Below the pieces are notes generated by a model. The model saw nothing but the letters and a program-made list of their open reading frames with translations, had not been told where the DNA came from and ran no database searches. Made by a program: the position numbers and the translations under genes. From Fibrobacteria bacterium (GTDB taxonomy: Bacteria; Fibrobacterota; Fibrobacteria; UBA11236; JADFYW01), in the NCBI GenBank assembly GCA_050294405.1, contig JBNKOC010000016.1, forward strand, positions 1 to 64,000: 64,000 bases of DNA, read 5' to 3'. Below are positions 58,558 through 64,000 of this stretch, one piece after another; the stretch's first letter is position 1; every line of letters begins with the position of its first letter.

Positions 58558-59748
58558 TTAGTGTAAATTAAACCATTTTAGCTGGGTTGTGGTCCCCTGA
58601 TTTGAAATTTTCACCTTATAAATTCCCTGGGGCAATTGGGGAAGACCCAGGTTTGAAGTGGGAGCTGCGGTTTGACTGTAAACACTTTGGCCCCGCAAAT
58701 TAAATATTTCCAATTCAAGGCTCCCTTTTATGGAGGCAGGAATGGAAAGGCTGTTTTTATAGATGTGAAACTCGCTCTTGGAAACCGATTTTAACAAGCT
58801 AACAGGAGGGGTGGAAAGAGTTCTGGCGTATTCGGCTAAATCCGCATTGCCCACTTCCATGGTTAAATCCTCGGGGAGTTTTTTGGGCAACCACTTTACC
58901 GTCCAGTTTAAGCTATCTCCAGGCTGCAATGTGGTATAAGGGCCCTGTTGCTCCATTTCCTGGTAATCCCGGGCAGGAGAAATATATAGTTCGATTTCAT
59001 TTTCTCCTGGAGCTTTGGCAGATACGGGGCTGTCTTCAAATTTTTTAAGGACGATGTATCTGGTATTGGATACATGGCATAGCCAGCCTTCGCTGCCGTC
59101 GTCAAATAATTTAGGAGTGCCACCGGGTACGCTATTGCTGTCGTATTTGTACCAGCTAACCCCTTCGGCATCCAAAATTTGTTGAGACAGATCCCCGGTT
59201 TTTGTGTCTTCGCCACTGGGGTAAAAAATCATTCCCCCGGAGGCAAAGCGGGTGATTTCCCAGGGCGCTGCCTGCTTCTGGGAAGTGGAGACATTTACAA
59301 TGCTATAAGTAATATCAAAACTTGTATCGCTTAAGGAGGCTTTAAAGCTTTTTACAAATTTAAACCCAGTAGCGTTGTCTTCGGCACTCTCTATGATATG
59401 CCCATCGTCAGTGGCTTGTTCTGTATAAGGGCCTTTATCCAGGGCCTGGGGTGGGGGCCAGTTCCAGGTAGATTGGGGGCTTGTCCAAAAGGTGGAGCCC
59501 CAGTTTTCGACATTTTCATTGATAAATAAAAGCTCAGTGCCTTCCCAGGTAAGGGAAGAAATACGGCCACCCATTTCCGGGCGAACGCTGAGAACAGCCG
59601 GGCCGCTTTCCAGGGTGAATTCTGCAAAGCTGGAAAAGGCCATAAATAAAAAGCAGGATAAAAATATTTTTAGCTTTGGGTTTGATTTCTTCATAATGAA
59701 AATTTGGTAGAAACTGGTTAAGGGATGGTTCAGACTAAGACCATCCAA
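58558..59748 (-). CDS. Secreted DUF4380/galactose-mutarotase-like protein with T9SS-type C-terminal domain; likely start ATG 59694
   Basis: GGRISSL, NWGSTFWTSPQSTWNWPPP, APWEITR, EMEQQGPY; tail LEIFNLRGQSV...LPQGIYKVKI. Confidence 0.8.
   Translation of the reverse strand: MDGLSLNHPLTSFYQIFIMKKSNPKLKIFLSCFLFMAFSSFAEFTLESGPAVLSVRPEMGGRISSLTWEGTELLFINENVENWGSTFWTSPQSTWNWPPPQALDKGPYTEQATDDGHIIESAEDNATGFKFVKSFKASLSDTSFDITYSIVNVSTSQKQAAPWEITRFASGGMIFYPSGEDTKTGDLSQQILDAEGVSWYKYDSNSVPGGTPKLFDDGSEGWLCHVSNTRYIVLKKFEDSPVSAKAPGENEIELYISPARDYQEMEQQGPYTTLQPGDSLNWTVKWLPKKLPEDLTMEVGNADLAEYARTLSTPPVSLLKSVSKSEFHIYKNSLSIPASIKGSLELEIFNLRGQSVYSQTAAPTSNLGLPQLPQGIYKVKISNQGTTTQLKWFNLH
59704..59732 (-). promoter_or_regulatory. 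Putative ECF sigma promoter TGAAC-N19-ACCAA
   Basis: Minus strand TGAAC catcccttaaccagtttct ACCAA, 9 nt upstream of ATG 59694. Confidence 0.6.
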
Positions 59749-59767
59749 AAGATAGTATACAGCCCTT

Positions 59768-61570
59768 TTAAGGAGTATGAGAAATAATTAAGGGGCTTTG
59801 GCCTGGTTTTTGGATTTGGTAATCCATATATATTTGCTGCTGGGAAAGCGTTCCATAGTAAATACGAACCTCATCCAGCATACCCAAATAGGAACTTTTC
59901 AAAACTCCCTGACGCTCCCAGTCTCCCAGATAATCAAATCCCAGTTTCCAGAAGCCCATAAAGTTTTCTCCCCGTTTTACATCGGGCTTTTCATCCACCA
60001 AAATCCCATCCACGAAGAGCCTGGCTCCCAATTCGGGGGACAGGCTGGCTACCACAAAATGCCAGCTTCCATCATTGTAACCTTCGCCGGATTTTATAAT
60101 ACGGCGGATTCCAGGGTAGCTGGGGTCTTCTGCTTCGCTGGGCAGGTTTTCCAGATTGGGATAATCTCCCAGATTAATGTATCCGGAATCCTCTTCTGCG
60201 ATATAATCCTCTTCCGATATTTTTGGAAAGACGCCAAAATGAATACTGCCAACAGAGTCTATGTATATATGCCTGTCCCGTTGAATAGAGTTTTCAGATG
60301 CTGAGCTGGAAAAGCCAATGATTCTACCTGATTGTTCGGCCTCGGTTTTAAACCAAAGAGAAATGCTAAAATTATTTGGGGCGCTGTCCAGCTTATTGCT
60401 GTAGATAAATTGATAATCTTCTGTAAACTGAACGCCCTTGTAAAAAGCTGTCATTTCAGAACGGGCATTTCCCAGGTTATCAGAAGCGCTACCGTGGTTT
60501 TCATTATCGCTGGCATCTCTAAAGTTATTTTCATCCAGGCTAATCTCTTGGTTTAAGTGGTATACCGCAAAATATCCCTCTTCTTTAGAAAAAACTTTGT
60601 CCTCAAATAGGAATGGGGGACTGCCTGGATTTCCCCAATACATCTGAATATATTGATTTTCATTTTGCGCCTGAAGCTTATCCAGTAAGAGCCATATATC
60701 CGCAGTTTCCCCGGCGGGATCCCAGTTTTCGATTTCAAAGGGGATTAGCTTTCCATAGGCATCGGCAAAGCGCAGGTCTTCGGCCTCATTTCTGGCCTCC
60801 CCAAAATTAAAATCCAGGGAGTTTAAGTGTAAAAACAGGGGATAATTCGCAACATCTTCCGATAAATTGAGCCCTCTTGCCGATGTATTTAAAGTGATGC
60901 GGGCTTTGTATTTCCAAAGGCTTAAATCTCCGCTCCAAAGGGTATCGTTTTCCCGGACTTCCAAAGTCTGCGCTAAAGTAACAGCTTCTTCATTTTCTTT
61001 TCCCTGAGGAAGATAAACCACGCTGTCATAAATTCCGATAGGCAGTGAAGACAGAAAAATGGACTGGCTGCTCACTTCTGCGCTGTCCAAAAGCTTGGCT
61101 ACTGGGGTTCCGGGAATGGCTATCCGGCTTTGGTGGCTAAGTTTATTTTGAGATATTTGCAGATGTATATCTCCCGTCGGTTTTAAAATTCTTTGCCCAA
61201 GTTCATAGCTTCCAAGTCCGGTGTTTATTTTTTTTATGTATAGCTTCTTTTTGCTGCCTTTGTGTTCCAGCCAGAAGTTATAAACCATGTTTCGACCCAG
61301 CTTAATGCGAAATTCGCCGTCATCATCGCTGGTAGTGCGTAGGGAGTCTGCAATTGGTTCTTCTTCAGTTGCAATGTATCCTTCCGGCAGAGCGTATACC
61401 GAAACTTTTGCCAAGGGTTTTCCGCTTTCATCTGTGGCAAAGCCGGTAACCGCGCTATTTCCGTCCTCTGTTCCGCCGCCAACTACCTGAATGGTGTTGT
61501 TTTCGCTGCAGGAAAGAAAACTAAGGGAAGATGATAATACAGCTAGGTATAAAAGAAAAAAGCGCAACAT
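59768..61570 (-). CDS. Lipoprotein: carboxypeptidase-regulatory-like + DUF2341 + LamG domains (paralog of 41697..43430)
   Basis: Lipobox FLS-C then GGGTEDGN; DFNFGEARNEAEDLRF...IPFEIENWD...YWGNP; FSISLWFKT, NDGSWHFV, LFVDG, GMLDEVRI. Confidence 0.85.
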   Translation of the reverse strand: MLRFFLLYLAVLSSSLSFLSCSENNTIQVVGGGTEDGNSAVTGFATDESGKPLAKVSVYALPEGYIATEEEPIADSLRTTSDDDGEFRIKLGRNMVYNFWLEHKGSKKKLYIKKINTGLGSYELGQRILKPTGDIHLQISQNKLSHQSRIAIPGTPVAKLLDSAEVSSQSIFLSSLPIGIYDSVVYLPQGKENEEAVTLAQTLEVRENDTLWSGDLSLWKYKARITLNTSARGLNLSEDVANYPLFLHLNSLDFNFGEARNEAEDLRFADAYGKLIPFEIENWDPAGETADIWLLLDKLQAQNENQYIQMYWGNPGSPPFLFEDKVFSKEEGYFAVYHLNQEISLDENNFRDASDNENHGSASDNLGNARSEMTAFYKGVQFTEDYQFIYSNKLDSAPNNFSISLWFKTEAEQSGRIIGFSSSASENSIQRDRHIYIDSVGSIHFGVFPKISEEDYIAEEDSGYINLGDYPNLENLPSEAEDPSYPGIRRIIKSGEGYNDGSWHFVVASLSPELGARLFVDGILVDEKPDVKRGENFMGFWKLGFDYLGDWERQGVLKSSYLGMLDEVRIYYGTLSQQQIYMDYQIQKPGQSPLIISHTP

Positions 61571-61571
61571 G

Positions 61572-62396
61572 TTATTCTTTTTCTCCCTTGCTTACGGGGA
61601 AGATTCGAAAGTCGCAGCGATATACCCGTTCCGGAGATAGGTCCTCTTCTGCAATCAGCAGCAGTTGCTTCCTAAAGTCCTGGATTTTTTGCTTCACTTC
61701 CGTAAAGCTTTTTTTAGAAAGGGTAAGAGTGATGCCCGACATATCCCTTTCTTTGGCGGGAATGGTTTTGAAGGCTTCGTTCCCTAAATTCATCATAGAC
61801 ATTTGGAATTGTGATACCAAAAAGGACTGAACCTCGTCGCCTGTGCTAATAACATTGCTAACTGGTTTGAAAAATCCGTCTTTATTTTTTTTAATGACAC
61901 CTATGGAAATAAGTTCCTCAATGGCGGCCTTGGCTTCTTTTGCCTTAATGGAGGGTAATAAACATTCTCCCAATGTTTTGTAATCCTCTCCGATGTCAAT
62001 TATATGCAAAAGCTCCCGAATAACAACATAATACCATTTTGAAAAAAGGCTAAGTTGCTTATTGGACAACTTCTTTAACTTTTTGCGTCGTAATTGATTG
62101 AGGGTTTCGTAAAAATCATTTTTCTCATCAATATCTTTGGCTCGGGCAAAATAGACCATGTACTTAAGATATTCCGCTTGAGAAGAATTGAGTTTCAATA
62201 TTTCAGATAAATCTTTAACCTGTTGGATGGTAAAGTTCTGTTTGCCGGATAAAACATTGGCTAAAAAGCCGGAAGATGAAATACCCATTTCCTTTAAAAT
62301 GGAACGCTGGGTAATTTTAAGCCCGCGTTTTTTTTGATCTTCCAAAAACTCTTTAATAAAAAGTCTGTAGTCAGCGTAATTAAAAATATCCACCAT
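61572..62396 (-). CDS. TIGR02147/DUF4423 family protein
   Basis: DIFNYADYRLFI, GISSSGFL..VLSGKQN, KWYYVVIREL, ERDMSGITL, VYRCDFRIFPV. Confidence 0.9.
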   Translation of the reverse strand: MVDIFNYADYRLFIKEFLEDQKKRGLKITQRSILKEMGISSSGFLANVLSGKQNFTIQQVKDLSEILKLNSSQAEYLKYMVYFARAKDIDEKNDFYETLNQLRRKKLKKLSNKQLSLFSKWYYVVIRELLHIIDIGEDYKTLGECLLPSIKAKEAKAAIEELISIGVIKKNKDGFFKPVSNVISTGDEVQSFLVSQFQMSMMNLGNEAFKTIPAKERDMSGITLTLSKKSFTEVKQKIQDFRKQLLLIAEEDLSPERVYRCDFRIFPVSKGEKE

Positions 62397-62719
62397 GTGG
62401 CACTCTTCCCATCCCCTCTATTTATTATAATAAAAATGAAGGAAAATTATAAGCAAATTTTATGGAAATATGGGGCAATCCTTTAAAGCGATTTGTGGAT
62501 GGATAATAATAAAAACAGCATTTTTCTATTTTTTTAAAGGTATATGCCTTAAATTTTGGAAAGGTTCGGCTGTTTTAGGTAAATAATCGTAATTTAAGGG
62601 TAGACCTCAAAATACTTAAGAGAATTTTTTTTATAAGCAAATTAGCCCATATTGGCAGGATTTTAGGGTCTTTAAAGAAAGGCTGAAAAAACTACCATTT
62701 TTTATTTAGAGAGAATTTT

Positions 62720-63730
62720 ATGAATTTTACTCCCAGCCCCAATCGCTACCATAACATGATTTACAACCGTTGCGGAAATAGCGGACTTAAATTGCCGGCT
62801 CTTTCCCTGGGGCTTTGGCATAACTTCGGGGAACCCGATGTATATGAAGAGGGCAAGCAGATAGTTTTTAAAGCTTTTGATGAGGGGATTACCCATTTTG
62901 ACCTGGCCAACAATTACGGCCCCCCGGCTGGAGCAGCCGAGGAAAATTTTGGGCGAATGTTAAAAGAGGGCTTATCTGCCTATCGAAATGAATTGGTTAT
63001 TTCCACTAAAGCCGGATATTATATGTGGGAGGGTCCCTATGGGGAATGGGGTTCCCGGAAATATTTGTTATCAAGTTTAAATGATTCTCTTAAAAGAATG
63101 GGCTTGGAATATGTGGATATTTTTTATTCCCATCGGCCAGATCCGGATACTCCATTGGAAGAAACTATGGCTGCCTTGGATAGCGCTGTAAGGCAGGGGA
63201 AGGCTCTGTATGTGGGTATTTCCAATTACAATGCGGAACAAACAAAAAAGGCCTGTAAAATTTTAAAAGAACTTGGAACTCCTTGTTTAATTAACCAGCC
63301 TTCCTATTCAATTTTTAACCGTTGGGTAGAACCCGAATTAATTTCAGAACTTGAAAAAGAGAAAATTGGAGCTATTGCCTATTGTCCATTGGCCCAGGGG
63401 TTACTAACAAATAAATACATAAAAGAAATTCCCACAGGTTCCAGAGCAGCTAAAGAGCATGGTTTTTTGCAAGCTGGCAGTATTACCAAAGAGGTACGGG
63501 ATAAAATTTTAGCTTTGAATTCACTGGCCGGGGAGCGGGGGCAGAGCCTTGCGCAAATGGCCCTTTGCTGGGTGCTTCGGCTTCCCCAGATAACATCGGC
63601 CTTAATTGGTGTAAGTCGCTTAAGCCAGTTGGAAGACAATTTAAAAGCCCTTGGCAATACGGAATTTAGCAGGGAAGAACTGGAAAAAATTGATGAGATA
63701 GTTGGTTTCGAAAAAGTATCCAGCCTATAG
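62720..63730 (+). CDS. gpr: Aldo/keto reductase, L-glyceraldehyde 3-phosphate reductase (YghZ/Gpr) family
   Basis: GLKLPALSLGLWHNFG, THFDLANNYGPP, TKAGYYMWEGPYGEWGSRKYL, YSHRPDP, PLAQGLLT. Confidence 0.9.
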   Translation: MNFTPSPNRYHNMIYNRCGNSGLKLPALSLGLWHNFGEPDVYEEGKQIVFKAFDEGITHFDLANNYGPPAGAAEENFGRMLKEGLSAYRNELVISTKAGYYMWEGPYGEWGSRKYLLSSLNDSLKRMGLEYVDIFYSHRPDPDTPLEETMAALDSAVRQGKALYVGISNYNAEQTKKACKILKELGTPCLINQPSYSIFNRWVEPELISELEKEKIGAIAYCPLAQGLLTNKYIKEIPTGSRAAKEHGFLQAGSITKEVRDKILALNSLAGERGQSLAQMALCWVLRLPQITSALIGVSRLSQLEDNLKALGNTEFSREELEKIDEIVGFEKVSSL

Positions 63731-63760
63731 AAGAAATTTTAAACTTGAGACGGATTCTTA

Positions 63761-64000
63761 TTATCTGAAATTTTGAACCATGGTCACTTTATTGCCGGAT
63801 ATAAAAAAACCACAGGCAACTTCGGAGTAGTTGCCATTTGTCATGTTCCGATAATGATCCTGTTGGTTGGCAGGGCCATCTTTTTCAGACCACATCCGCT
63901 CCAGGCAAGACTCCACACTTTTATCCAAATTGTTGAAGTCCCATTTAGGACATTCGTTTTGGGCGCGGGCCCCACAATTTTCATTATCAAATCCATAGTG
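63761..64000 (-). CDS. CAP/SCP-domain protein, C-terminal part (5'-truncated; not in the ORF track)
   Basis: Manual translation: HYGFDNENCGARAQNECPKW...CLERMWSEKDGPANQQDHYRNMTNGNYSEVACGFFISGNKVTMVQNFR*. The HYxNM, VACG and VQNF motifs fit CAP domains. Confidence 0.75.
   Translation of the reverse strand, partial: HYGFDNENCGARAQNECPKWDFNNLDKSVESCLERMWSEKDGPANQQDHYRNMTNGNYSEVACGFFISGNKVTMVQNFR

Noticed and set aside
1..64000. CRISPR array, rRNA, prophage structural genes, reverse transcriptase/DGR, cohesin-dockerin modules
   Set aside because: No regularly spaced repeats or diagnostic motifs seen by eye; short degenerate cases could have been missed.

Overview
The window looks like Fibrobacterota DNA (two TIGR02147-type genes, two fibro-slime genes, a CelF/Cel51A-like endoglucanase); this taxonomy is inferred from gene families only. 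It has two parts. (1) Positions 1-12058 are the AT-richer right end of a probable genomic island. It carries a Sec-exported, two-gene (TcB-like + DUF6443/RHS-core) polymorphic toxin locus with candidate immunity genes and a truncated tyrosine integrase. It ends at a 3' fragment of tRNA-Asn(GTT), the probable att site. (2) About 15.8-62.4 kb is a large plant-polysaccharide cluster: fibro-slime x2, a GH51/CBM enzyme, two unassigned outer-membrane beta-barrels, an Opp-family oligosaccharide ABC transporter, GH26, GH8, GH9, GH94, a non-catalytic CBM protein, two TIGR02147 + DUF2341/LamG lipoprotein pairs, and an ECF sigma/FecR-like anti-sigma pair. The strongest unannotated signal is a bipartite motif, TGAAC-N18/19-AC(T/C)AA, found correctly oriented just upstream of the ECF sigma gene and of up to seven glycan-related genes or operons. 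This suggests an autoregulated ECF regulon controlling a cellodextrin capture and import system with no SusC/SusD pair in this window. All family calls come from motif recognition by eye, not database searches.
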